From NCBI GenBank assembly GCA_903914045.1, contig CAIWNO010000046.1, positions 1 to 43,461 of the forward strand: DNA of 43,461 nt. The letters are read 5' to 3'. Within the stretch, counting starts at the first letter, position 1. Each line of letters begins with the position of its first letter. Shown in pieces: positions 35,502 to 43,461 of this stretch. Source of the DNA: an uncultured bacterium. Its GTDB lineage: Bacteria; Planctomycetota; Phycisphaerae; Phycisphaerales; SM1A02. A program made the position numbers and the translations under genes. Under the pieces are notes generated by a model. The model did not search any database and had not been told where the DNA came from. It saw only the letters and a list, made by a program, of their open reading frames with translations.

Positions 35502-37181
35502 TTATTTCAACGCCAACTGATTATTCATTTGTAATGCTGGCGTCGTGCCCTTCTTTGCGGTCTTTGCAATTGAGGTCAAGTTTGTTTGAATGAATGTCAA
35601 TTGACTTTGATCAACTTGATCAACGCGACCATCATGATTGAGATCGGCCTCAAGCACGCGCTTCATACCCACTGAAGCAACAAGTTGCTTCATATCCGCG
35701 GAATCAATCTTGGAATCCTGATTGATGTCGGCTTGAATAACGGAATCATCAACCACCACGAAAGCCACTTCACTTTTGTCTTGGCGAACCGTGATTGGGT
35801 TGGCTGATGTCTCAAAGAACCAAGCGCCAGCGGTGCCTTCTTGGCGCGTGACGATTTGGATTGTTCCGTCCCTCAAAGGAAGAGCGATGGAGTTCACATC
35901 ATCGGTGAAAGAAATTCTCCAAAGCGTTCCGTTGGAAATAATGCGGCCAGTTGCGAACACCTTGTCAGCCCAACCCGTGACGGTGAACCAACGGCTTGCT
36001 CCTGGATTTGCGCCAAGACGTGCGTTGAGATCAGTGATGATTGATTCAAGCGCGAATTGATCTTCCTTTGGATTGAACAATTTTGGGTCGGAGCCGACTG
36101 GCCAAGCATTTGGATTGAACACAAGAATTGTGTCGGTGCCGTGCATGACTTGTTGGATAACCATTTCGTCCCAGTACTTGGTGCTGCTCATTGGACACTC
36201 GAATGGTCCCCAATTTGCAAGCTTGCCAAATTGGCGATGCGCAATCCAGGGCATTTGGGATCGGCCACCACTAGTGATCACTGAACGCATGCGATTGAGT
36301 TGAAAACGGAATTGATCCTCTGGCTTGGAACCGATTGCGTTCACGCCGTCGAATTTTGCCGCGGCCATTGTGACCGTTGACTGACCGTAGTAGCTCGGCG
36401 CATCATCTGTACCGAAGCCAGACGATTGACTCCAGAGTGGAACACCGAGAATATTTGGAACCGCGTTGGCTTGTTTCAAAACCATCGAGTGATAATTGCT
36501 CACGCGGGCTTTTGGAAATCGCTTTTGAATGGGAGTGAATGCCGCAGCGTTCATGCCAGCATCGATAACGCCGGCCATATAAGCATCCCAACGTGAGTGA
36601 TAGATATTGTCCCACTTGATTTGGCTCACTTGGAATCCAAGAGACTTCGCAAAAGTTGTTTTAAATCGTGAATCATTTTCAATTGCTTTCAACCCATCCA
36701 TGCCCAGTTCCCAAGCCGTGAGGCAAGTTTCATTGTCGAAAATCACGTAGTCCACAGTACCGCCAGCGGCCTTGAATTCATCAAAGAACTTTTCAATGCG
36801 GGCCTGCGAACGCTTGATCCCATTTGTGAGCCAAGGACTTTGATACTGGGTGATTGTTTTTTGTCCTTTTGCATCAGTTGCAACGCAACGATCCAAAGGA
36901 TGCTCAGCCATATCGTTGACAAACCAACGAAGCAACATGGCTTTCTTGCCGACTGGAAGTTTCTTCATTTCACTAGCCGCCCACGTTGCGCTCATTGGGT
37001 AATCAACGCAAACCATTGTTGTTTGCTGGGTGCAAGAAGCATCTACGGTATCCCAAGTCAACGCCTTCACTGTGGCGGCCGAACTACTGGTGGCCGCGGC
37101 ACACACAAGCAACATGGAGAGCGTACGTGCGAGTGTGTGAGTTTGGCGGGCGTACTTTGTGATGTGGGAAGTGATGTTCAT
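35502..37181 (-). CDS. Secreted protein of unknown catalytic type with C-terminal dockerin/EF-hand-like Ca-binding repeats
   Basis: The start was re-picked to ATG 37181, which has AAGGAG 7 nt upstream; the track start at 37202 is GTG. There is a signal peptide (LSMLLVCAAATSSSAATVKA) and two dockerin-type repeats (DINQDSKIDSADMKQL, DLNHDGRVDQVDQSQL). Confidence 0.6.
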   Translation of the reverse strand: MNITSHITKYARQTHTLARTLSMLLVCAAATSSSAATVKALTWDTVDASCTQQTTMVCVDYPMSATWAASEMKKLPVGKKAMLLRWFVNDMAEHPLDRCVATDAKGQKTITQYQSPWLTNGIKRSQARIEKFFDEFKAAGGTVDYVIFDNETCLTAWELGMDGLKAIENDSRFKTTFAKSLGFQVSQIKWDNIYHSRWDAYMAGVIDAGMNAAAFTPIQKRFPKARVSNYHSMVLKQANAVPNILGVPLWSQSSGFGTDDAPSYYGQSTVTMAAAKFDGVNAIGSKPEDQFRFQLNRMRSVITSGGRSQMPWIAHRQFGKLANWGPFECPMSSTKYWDEMVIQQVMHGTDTILVFNPNAWPVGSDPKLFNPKEDQFALESIITDLNARLGANPGASRWFTVTGWADKVFATGRIISNGTLWRISFTDDVNSIALPLRDGTIQIVTRQEGTAGAWFFETSANPITVRQDKSEVAFVVVDDSVIQADINQDSKIDSADMKQLVASVGMKRVLEADLNHDGRVDQVDQSQLTFIQTNLTSIAKTAKKGTTPALQMNNQLALK

Positions 37182-37419
37182 TTCGTCGACTCCTTGTTGC
37201 ACGACCTGGTGTGGTCAGCGAGGGAGTTGATGGACGAAACGTTCGACCAGGTGCCTTCGCGGGGCCACACCTGGTCTTCGGTTTTCAATCATCAAGAGAA
37301 TCGAATCTAGTTTTTTTGAGTCAAGCCCTACCGAAATAGTATTTGTAGAATTGCTTGCACAGACGGAATAAACCTAACAAACAAACTGTTCAAATACGAA
37401 ACAGGCTTTGAGCGCTGGC

Positions 37420-37686
37420 TCACAACACATAGCGAATGCCCACGCATTTACGCAATGTTTCAAGAAAACTTTGTCGTTGTGATTCGTCACTCACGGTGGT
37501 GTCAACATTCACGGCGCACCAACGCCCACCAGAACTCTTGCGCAGTTCGCCAATTGTAATGGGATGCTGCCCAAAGGTTTGACGAATGGCCAAGTGAATA
37601 TGCGACTCTTGTCCAGCAATCAAACTGTAACCCCAAGCGCATGGATATTCGAAAGTGGGGCGTCCAAATGTGGTTTCATTGTTCAT
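37420..37686 (-). CDS. DUF493 (YbeD-like) small protein
   Basis: 88 aa, with ATG at 37686 and GGAGG upstream. The pattern FEYPCAWGYSLIAG...SSGGRWCAVNVDTTVSDESQRQSFLETL...IRYVL matches the YbeD layout (FP..F.YKV+G...S..G.Y.SV.+...V.S.EQ....Y..L). Confidence 0.6.
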   Translation of the reverse strand: MNNETTFGRPTFEYPCAWGYSLIAGQESHIHLAIRQTFGQHPITIGELRKSSGGRWCAVNVDTTVSDESQRQSFLETLRKCVGIRYVL

Positions 37687-37941
37687 TTCAATCCTCCATG
37701 GTGAATGTCATAAATAGAAATTGGAGGTCAAATTGAAGTTTGATTATTTTTTAAAGTTTCATGATTAAAAAACCATGGGCCGTAGAAATATGCATTTTTC
37801 CCATTGAAACGCCAATTGAGATTGTTCAAAATGGAAATTGTATTCACACACGCCCCTCATGAAATGGTATGGCATGTAGTCTTGCTTCATTTGTAGACGC
37901 GCGAAACACGGACCCAATGTGCACCCATGCTTGCCCGTGAA

Positions 37942-39111
37942 TTAGGCCAACGGCAAGCGGCGCGCCAATTCCATGAACGCCGCATGCGATGCTTTCACTT
38001 GCGTCATGGAATCGCCTGAAAATTTTTCCAGGAACGCGCGCGCAATTTCAAACGCAACGACATGCTCCATGACCACGCTCGCGGCGGCAATGGCGCTGAC
38101 ATCGGAACGCTCATACGCGCTCATGACGGATTCCTTGGTGTTTAAATCCACGCTGGGCATGCCGCGCAACAACGTGCTGATGGGTTTCATTGTGCCAGTG
38201 ACCACGACTGGCATTCCGTTGGTCATGCCGCCTTCAAGACCGCCGGCATTATTTGTGGGCCGCACAAATCCAAGATGCGATTCGTTTTTCTTTGACGCGT
38301 CATACTGAATTGCGTCGTGCACTTGACTGCCGGTGCGAAACGCGCACTCGCGGCCAAGACCAATTTCAACGGCTTTGAAAGCTTGAATGCCCATCACGGC
38401 GCCGGCCAAGCGCGAGTCCAATCTCTCGTGCCATTGAACGCAAGAGCCAAGGCCAATTGGGCAATTGAAGACATGCGCTTCCACAAGACCGCCAACCGTG
38501 TCTTTGTCCACCTTGGCTTGATGAATGCGGTCGATCAGTTGCGCGCTTGTTGCGTCACAGGGAATTCCAACGTCGCTTGCGTTACGCGCGGCAAGTTGCG
38601 CGGGCCATGAATGCGCGGTGACTTCGCCAGACCAGCGGACATCAAGCGCGGCGCGCACAAAGCCACATGTTTGAATACCAAACTCGCGCAGAAAACAATT
38701 TGCAAGCGCGCCGGCCGCCACGCGCGCCGCGGTTTCACGCGCGCTGGCTCGCTCCAATGTTTCTCGGCAATCAGTGGTGAGCCACTTCACGCTGCCGGCG
38801 AGATCGGCGTGGCCAGGACGCGGACGGGAAACGGAAGGCGTTTTTGCTGGGTCATCAAGGCGATTGTCTTCATTGGGAATTCGCATGGCGATTGGACCGC
38901 CCATGGACACGCCACGGCGCACGCCAGAAATAAATTCAGCCTTGTCGGTTTCCATGCGCTGCCGCGCGCCACGACCGTAACCGGCTTGACGGCGCTTGAG
39001 CTCGCCATTGATGTACTCGCTATCAATGGAAAGCCCCGCGGGAATTCCTTCCACGATGGCAAGCAGACCTGGTCCGTGACTTTCTCCAGCGGTGAGATAT
39101 CGCAATGTCAT
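37942..39111 (-). CDS. aroC: Chorismate synthase
   Basis: ATG at 39111. It begins with the N-terminal hallmark LRYLTAGESHGPGL and has GRSSARETA-type (ERASARETAARV) and GGMTNG blocks. Confidence 0.93.
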   Translation of the reverse strand: MTLRYLTAGESHGPGLLAIVEGIPAGLSIDSEYINGELKRRQAGYGRGARQRMETDKAEFISGVRRGVSMGGPIAMRIPNEDNRLDDPAKTPSVSRPRPGHADLAGSVKWLTTDCRETLERASARETAARVAAGALANCFLREFGIQTCGFVRAALDVRWSGEVTAHSWPAQLAARNASDVGIPCDATSAQLIDRIHQAKVDKDTVGGLVEAHVFNCPIGLGSCVQWHERLDSRLAGAVMGIQAFKAVEIGLGRECAFRTGSQVHDAIQYDASKKNESHLGFVRPTNNAGGLEGGMTNGMPVVVTGTMKPISTLLRGMPSVDLNTKESVMSAYERSDVSAIAAASVVMEHVVAFEIARAFLEKFSGDSMTQVKASHAAFMELARRLPLA

Positions 39112-39135
39112 GCGCCCATCATACGGATGGGGTGA

Positions 39136-40416
39136 TTAGGCGTGAGCGATGGAATTGGAAGTTTGTGAATGCAGGCGACGTTCATACATTGCGCCGCCGC
39201 ACCAGATGAGTCCCGCAAGAAATATAAAAATTGGAATGCACATGTACGCCGTTTTCCAACTAGAGCCTTGCGCGATCCAACCAATCATGGGCACCGCGGG
39301 AACATCGCCAAGAAGATGTAAAACCAAAATGGCCAGCGCCATGCCGGTGCCGCGCTCCGCCGGATTAAGAATGTGAACCAGATGCGCGTGGACGGGTCCC
39401 ACACTCATGACAAGAAAGAAGGAACCCAACGTGATGCCGCACCACATTGCAGTGATGTTGGGCGCGTACAGAACAAAGAGGATTGATGCCGCCGCAAAAA
39501 AACTAGTGATGCCGCAAATCCATAAATGCGCCGTGCGATTGCGTTGATACCACCAATCGCCAAGAAATCCACCAGTCAATGTGCCGGTGATTCCGGTGAC
39601 AACAATGACCGCGCCAAACATGGTGCTGGAACTTTCAACGCTTAATCCCCACGCTTTATCCAGATACGTTGGCGTCCAAAAACCAAGACTTCCAAAGCCG
39701 GCGGTTTGCAGCGCGTAGCCCATGGTGGTCCAAAGCCATCTTGGTCGAAGCAGAATGCCAACGGCGTTGCGCACGGTTGGCGGCGCATTCACAACAACAT
39801 TCTCATCCTTTGCTCCGCGCTGTGGATCGCGAATAAAATAAATCACCAGCGCAAGAAAGAGTCCAGGACCGCCGGCCACAAAAAATGCTTCACGCCAACC
39901 GTACTTGGACCCAACCACTCCGCCAAGCGTGAAACCAATCGCGGCGCCAACTGGAATTGCCGCGTTGAAGAATGCCATGGCGCGGCTTTGTTGCTTGGCG
40001 GGAAATTCATCGGCAAGAACGGCGGGCGCAACGCTGCCATACGCGGCTTCGCCAATTCCAGTGAAGGCGCGCATGATCAGCAAACTCCAAAAACCCCACG
40101 CGAAGCCACCAAGCAATGTGAGCACGCTCCAAAATGCAACGGCCGCCGCAAGAACATGCAGGCGCGGAAATCGATCGGCGATTAAACCAAATGCTGGCGC
40201 GGCGATCATGTAGACCGCGATGAACGCGGAGTAAAGCCAGCCCGATTGCGCATGCGTCAGCGCCAAGCCGCCTTGGTCGATTGATTTTTCTAGAAATGGA
40301 ACCAGGCTGCTGACGACATAGCGATCCACATAATTGAGTAAATTCAGCAGCGAAAGCGTGATGAGCGCGATCATGGGCGCGCGCGCGTTGCGGGTGAGTG
40401 ATGAAGTGGCTTTCAT
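39136..40416 (-). CDS. MFS transporter (Spinster-like subfamily by N-terminal pattern)
   Basis: About 12 TM helices. The MFS signature region is LNYVDRYVVSSLVP...GLIADRFPR. Its ATG overlaps the aroDE stop (ATGA at 40413-40416). Confidence 0.8.
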   Translation of the reverse strand: MKATSSLTRNARAPMIALITLSLLNLLNYVDRYVVSSLVPFLEKSIDQGGLALTHAQSGWLYSAFIAVYMIAAPAFGLIADRFPRLHVLAAAVAFWSVLTLLGGFAWGFWSLLIMRAFTGIGEAAYGSVAPAVLADEFPAKQQSRAMAFFNAAIPVGAAIGFTLGGVVGSKYGWREAFFVAGGPGLFLALVIYFIRDPQRGAKDENVVVNAPPTVRNAVGILLRPRWLWTTMGYALQTAGFGSLGFWTPTYLDKAWGLSVESSSTMFGAVIVVTGITGTLTGGFLGDWWYQRNRTAHLWICGITSFFAAASILFVLYAPNITAMWCGITLGSFFLVMSVGPVHAHLVHILNPAERGTGMALAILVLHLLGDVPAVPMIGWIAQGSSWKTAYMCIPIFIFLAGLIWCGGAMYERRLHSQTSNSIAHA

Positions 40417-42248
40417 GAATGAGCGTCCAATGTATGGTTAAGAAGTTTCCGCCACAATTCAATCGGAGCATTGGGGCATTGCTCATTGAGTTGCAAATGA
40501 ATGTTGGGCGAAACGCCGATGCGCGAATTGGTATTTGAATGAGCGTTCTTGTGCGGCACGTTGACCTTCGCGGTATCGGAAACAATCTGGTTTTTCGTGA
40601 ACAATTCAAATTGCAACGCGGCTTGACGCAAAAACATTTCCGTTCCATCAACAATCACCGCGCCCGCGGCGCGCGCGCGCTGTAGCAGTGGCGTTTCTCG
40701 CGGACGGTACACGGTGTCCATGACAACAGTGCCCGATTTTATTTTAAACGAGATTGGAAGTGGATCAACCGACTCGGCGCCGGAGCCGGTCATTCCCGCG
40801 CTGGTGCAATTCACAATAATGGTGAATAAATGCGCCGCGATATTTTCTAATTCGACGGCTTGCACGCGTGATTGATTCGCGCCGTCAATGTCGCGCGCAT
40901 TGAAGTGCGTTGCAAGCTGCGCAGCTTTAGTGTGGGTGCGATTGGCAATGGTGACGCGCGAGCCTGCAAGAGCAAAACCGGCGACAACGGCACGCGCCGC
41001 ACCACCCGATCCCAAAACCAATACACGCTGTTGTCGCCATTGATCAAGCGTTTGCGGCTCTACGAAATTTTTGTTTGCGGTCCAAGATGAAACCTTCGGC
41101 GAAATAGTGGAGTCATTCTCAATTAAATCACCGCGAGCCAGCGCGGCTGAACTGTGTTCGTTCATGCCAAGCGCGGCAGCAATCGCGGCAACCGCAGCGG
41201 GCGCGTCGGTGTTGAACACGTTCGCAACTCCGTTGTCGGAAAAAATCAGCGTGTTCGCCGCGCCGCACCACTCGCTCACCACATCGCCAACGCCGCCTTG
41301 CTGCTTGCACCAGCGCAACGCATGTTCCTTGTGCGGCAATGTCACGCTGACCCCGCGCAAATTTAAAATGGCGGACGCGGACAATTCACCAATAGACGCG
41401 TTGAAATGTTCCCACTCTGGCGGAATGGCCAGCGGAACATAGGCGCCGTTGAATTGCGTGGCGCTAAACGCCGCGTTGTGCAGCAATGGCGACAACGAAT
41501 GTTCAATTGGCCAACCCACCACCGCAAATACAATAGTGGCGGGAGTGATGCGCGCGAATGAATACATATTGATGAATTCTTGCGCCGTGAGTTGCCCTGG
41601 CGCCGTGCCCATTTCGTTGTCGGGGCGCGCGTAGGTGAGAAAACCGCCAAACTTAGGCGCAAGCACGCGGCTGGCAATTCCAAATGGACCCATGCACAGC
41701 GCAATGGTTGGCTTGCTTTGATGGCGCAGCAATTCAAACGCCTCCAGATTGTCGCGCACACTGCGGGCGCGCCACGCTATTTTTGCCACGGCGCACAGTG
41801 GCTCGCTCCACATGGCGGCGACACGCTTGGAAAGATTGGCGGGTCGCGACTGAAAATCATGCGCGCTTAAAATAAGGCGCGTGGAGGTTTGCGCGGCCGC
41901 AAATTGTTTTTGAAAATCCGCACTGGCTTGAAACGCGGCCAACTCAAGATCAATGTACGACGGGGGCACGGTGAGTTTGCAAACCGCGATCAACAATTCA
42001 AGCCGTGCGGATTCATGGCCCACATACGCGCCCCCTTCCGCCGCGGCGCGAATGGTGACAATGCACGGCAGCGGACAATTTTTTATAAGCAGCGCCACGC
42101 TTTCAAGCGCGTTGTCCGCGTGCGCCAACGCGTCCACGCGCCACTCCACAATGGTGGCGCCGCACTTGGCTTGCGCGCGCGCGGACTCAAGCGCATATGC
42201 AACAGAGTCGCCACTTTCCACTGTAATTGCGACCGCGATTAACGACAT
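40413..42248 (-). CDS. aroDE: Bifunctional type I 3-dehydroquinate dehydratase / shikimate 5-dehydrogenase
   Basis: ATG at 42248. The N-terminal half looks like type I DHQase (EWRVD, ILSAHDF, AKIAW). The C-terminal half is shikimate dehydrogenase (VVGWPIEHSLSPLLHNAAF, NVTLPHK, VLGSGGAARAV). At 611 aa it is long because of an internal insert and a C-terminal tail. Confidence 0.85.
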   Translation of the reverse strand: MSLIAVAITVESGDSVAYALESARAQAKCGATIVEWRVDALAHADNALESVALLIKNCPLPCIVTIRAAAEGGAYVGHESARLELLIAVCKLTVPPSYIDLELAAFQASADFQKQFAAAQTSTRLILSAHDFQSRPANLSKRVAAMWSEPLCAVAKIAWRARSVRDNLEAFELLRHQSKPTIALCMGPFGIASRVLAPKFGGFLTYARPDNEMGTAPGQLTAQEFINMYSFARITPATIVFAVVGWPIEHSLSPLLHNAAFSATQFNGAYVPLAIPPEWEHFNASIGELSASAILNLRGVSVTLPHKEHALRWCKQQGGVGDVVSEWCGAANTLIFSDNGVANVFNTDAPAAVAAIAAALGMNEHSSAALARGDLIENDSTISPKVSSWTANKNFVEPQTLDQWRQQRVLVLGSGGAARAVVAGFALAGSRVTIANRTHTKAAQLATHFNARDIDGANQSRVQAVELENIAAHLFTIIVNCTSAGMTGSGAESVDPLPISFKIKSGTVVMDTVYRPRETPLLQRARAAGAVIVDGTEMFLRQAALQFELFTKNQIVSDTAKVNVPHKNAHSNTNSRIGVSPNIHLQLNEQCPNAPIELWRKLLNHTLDAHS

Positions 42249-42400
42249 TGCATTCCTTGCGCACTAGTGTTTGGCACATTGATGTGAATGCGCCCGCCTA
42301 AAAACTGCGCAATTGCGCGGCAACTATTTGGGCGTAAGTGACAAAGACGCGGCGGCATACGCAGAGTGTACGAAGAGCCGTGACTGATTAGCATGATGAC

Positions 42401-43018
42401 ATGCAAGAAGTTTCCATTGATGCGGCGATTGAGTTTCTTCACGGACATTTGTCTGGCTTTGTAAAATTCGATGGCGAACGCGTGGCGGTGAAATTTATTG
42501 TGGCAAGCGATGGCGCATTGGTGATGCCCGTGATGGAGGCCATGCTGTTGGCCATGGAAACCGTGCTTGAACTTCCAAATGACGACGACGAGAGCATGCA
42601 TTTAATTGTGACGCTGACTCGCCAATCCGAAACGGGAACATTCGCGCAGTGGTGCGATCGTTGGCGCGCCTATCACGGCGAGCCAGAGGATGTGCGCTGG
42701 GCCAGTGTTGCGATTGATTCGGGCCGCCTTGCGGGGTGGTTCTTGGATGATCAAGCCATGATGAAACCGAATGCTTTGGCGGCGGATGAAATCACTTTGC
42801 TGAAACAGCTCAATGCGCAGCCACGGATGTTTTTGAAAGCGCTGTGCGTGACCAACAAGGTGGAGTGCGAGGATCCGATCGCGGTGGGCGTGGACGCTGG
42901 CGGCATTGATATTCGCCGCATGCATGATGTTGGCCGCTTGCCATTTCCTATTCTGTTTGAAAACGCCGCGCAAGTTCGCTCATTTATAGAGGGCGGATCG
43001 TTGCCCAGTAATTTGTGA
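42401..43018 (+). CDS. Hypothetical protein, possibly DUF2470/heme-utilisation-like
   Basis: ATG at 42401. The C-terminal segment PIAVGVDAGGIDIRRMHDVGRLPFP resembles the DUF2470 pattern (..vD..G.dlr.....+RlpF). The resemblance is weak and judged by eye only. Confidence 0.35.
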   Translation: MQEVSIDAAIEFLHGHLSGFVKFDGERVAVKFIVASDGALVMPVMEAMLLAMETVLELPNDDDESMHLIVTLTRQSETGTFAQWCDRWRAYHGEPEDVRWASVAIDSGRLAGWFLDDQAMMKPNALAADEITLLKQLNAQPRMFLKALCVTNKVECEDPIAVGVDAGGIDIRRMHDVGRLPFPILFENAAQVRSFIEGGSLPSNL

Positions 43019-43069
43019 TTCCGTGATTTCACGCCGCCACACTAGAATCAATTTCCACAGGAGAACCAC

Positions 43070-43461
43070 ATGGACGGATCACATCACGCTAAAAAGTTCG
43101 CGGGCAGTTTGAATCACGCAATGATTGACGACGCGCAGGCGAACGCGGCGCAAACCTACGCCAACCATTTTGGCGCGCCTGGTCATGGCGACATCACGCG
43201 TTGCTACATTGAGCAAAAATACAATGGCTACAGCGCGGAGAATCAAGAAACATGGTCCACCATGTTTGATCGCCAAATGATTTTCTTGAAGGACAATGCC
43301 AGTAAAACATATTTGGACGGCGCGGCGTTGATCAATCTTCGGCGCGACAGAATTCCCCCGCTAGCGGAGATTAATAGTTGTCTGCATCCGTTGACGCGTT
43401 GGCAAAGCCGCGCGGTGCCTGGCTACTTGCCTCCCAAAGCATTCTTTGCGTGCTTGGCGCG
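43070..43461 (+). CDS. phhA: Phenylalanine-4-hydroxylase (aromatic amino acid hydroxylase), N-terminal part; the 3' end runs off the window
   Basis: ATG at 43070 is preceded by AGGAG (43059-43063), and the frame is open to the window end. My own translation gives YSAENQETWSTMFDRQ...YLDGAALINLRRDRIPPLAEINSCLHPLTRWQSRAVPGYLPPKAFFACLA, which matches bacterial PAH blocks. Confidence 0.8.
   Translation, partial: MDGSHHAKKFAGSLNHAMIDDAQANAAQTYANHFGAPGHGDITRCYIEQKYNGYSAENQETWSTMFDRQMIFLKDNASKTYLDGAALINLRRDRIPPLAEINSCLHPLTRWQSRAVPGYLPPKAFFACLA

Noticed and set aside
37203-37285. Possible SRP (4.5S) RNA, because of CCAGGT...GCGA(GNRA-like)...CCTGG helices
   Set aside because: The conserved SRP domain IV elements (the GGAA tetraloop context and the AGCA/GGA symmetric-loop motifs) are not present. 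The region is better explained as an mRNA leader, as reported in the findings.
42272-42277. TGGCAC, resembling a sigma-54 -24 element upstream of the 42401 gene
   Set aside because: The expected -12 TTGC at the right spacing is absent (the sequence continues ATTGATGTGA), so the half match is probably chance.

Overview
This is a densely coding 43.5-kb bacterial chromosomal window with about 34 CDS, one tRNA and one clear intrinsic terminator. I saw no rRNA, CRISPR array, transposase, integrase or phage genes. Housekeeping genes frame the window: sucA-sucB on the left; pyrB, trxA, tRNA-Ala, folP, a glutathione peroxidase, an aroDE-MFS-aroC shikimate block and the start of phhA further right. 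The most unusual part is a roughly 17.8-kb string of eleven co-directional, tightly spaced minus-strand genes (3080-20900). It joins an exosortase-type polysaccharide export module directly to a truncated division/cell-wall module. The export module comprises a Wza-like lipoprotein, an exosortase, EpsI, a 1590-aa TPR protein, a Wzc-like protein, an SDR epimerase and a WecA-like initiating transferase. The division module is rsmH, a LysM protein, an ftsL-like gene and ftsI, with no mraZ and no mur genes. Several proteins in this string look atypical. The Wza-like protein carries a roughly 340-aa disordered insertion that includes nine near-identical 30-nt tandem repeats. The Wzc-like protein has a degenerate Walker A and no Tyr cluster. 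A LysM protein sits between rsmH and ftsL. Other items worth follow-up are an FHA-GAF-HD-GYP signalling protein, a PPP-phosphatase-like/TPR protein whose three metal/catalytic motifs are all substituted, a thioredoxin with a CQPC active site, an MFS transporter translationally coupled into the shikimate genes, and a structured leader upstream of a dockerin-bearing secreted protein. All functional calls come from motif recognition by eye; no database search was possible. The ORF track uses GTG/TTG starts shown as M, so several starts were re-picked to ATG codons with Shine-Dalgarno-like sequences. A PVC-superphylum-like origin is only a weak guess, based on the dockerin, the PT-rich linkers, the exosortase and the reduced dcw cluster.
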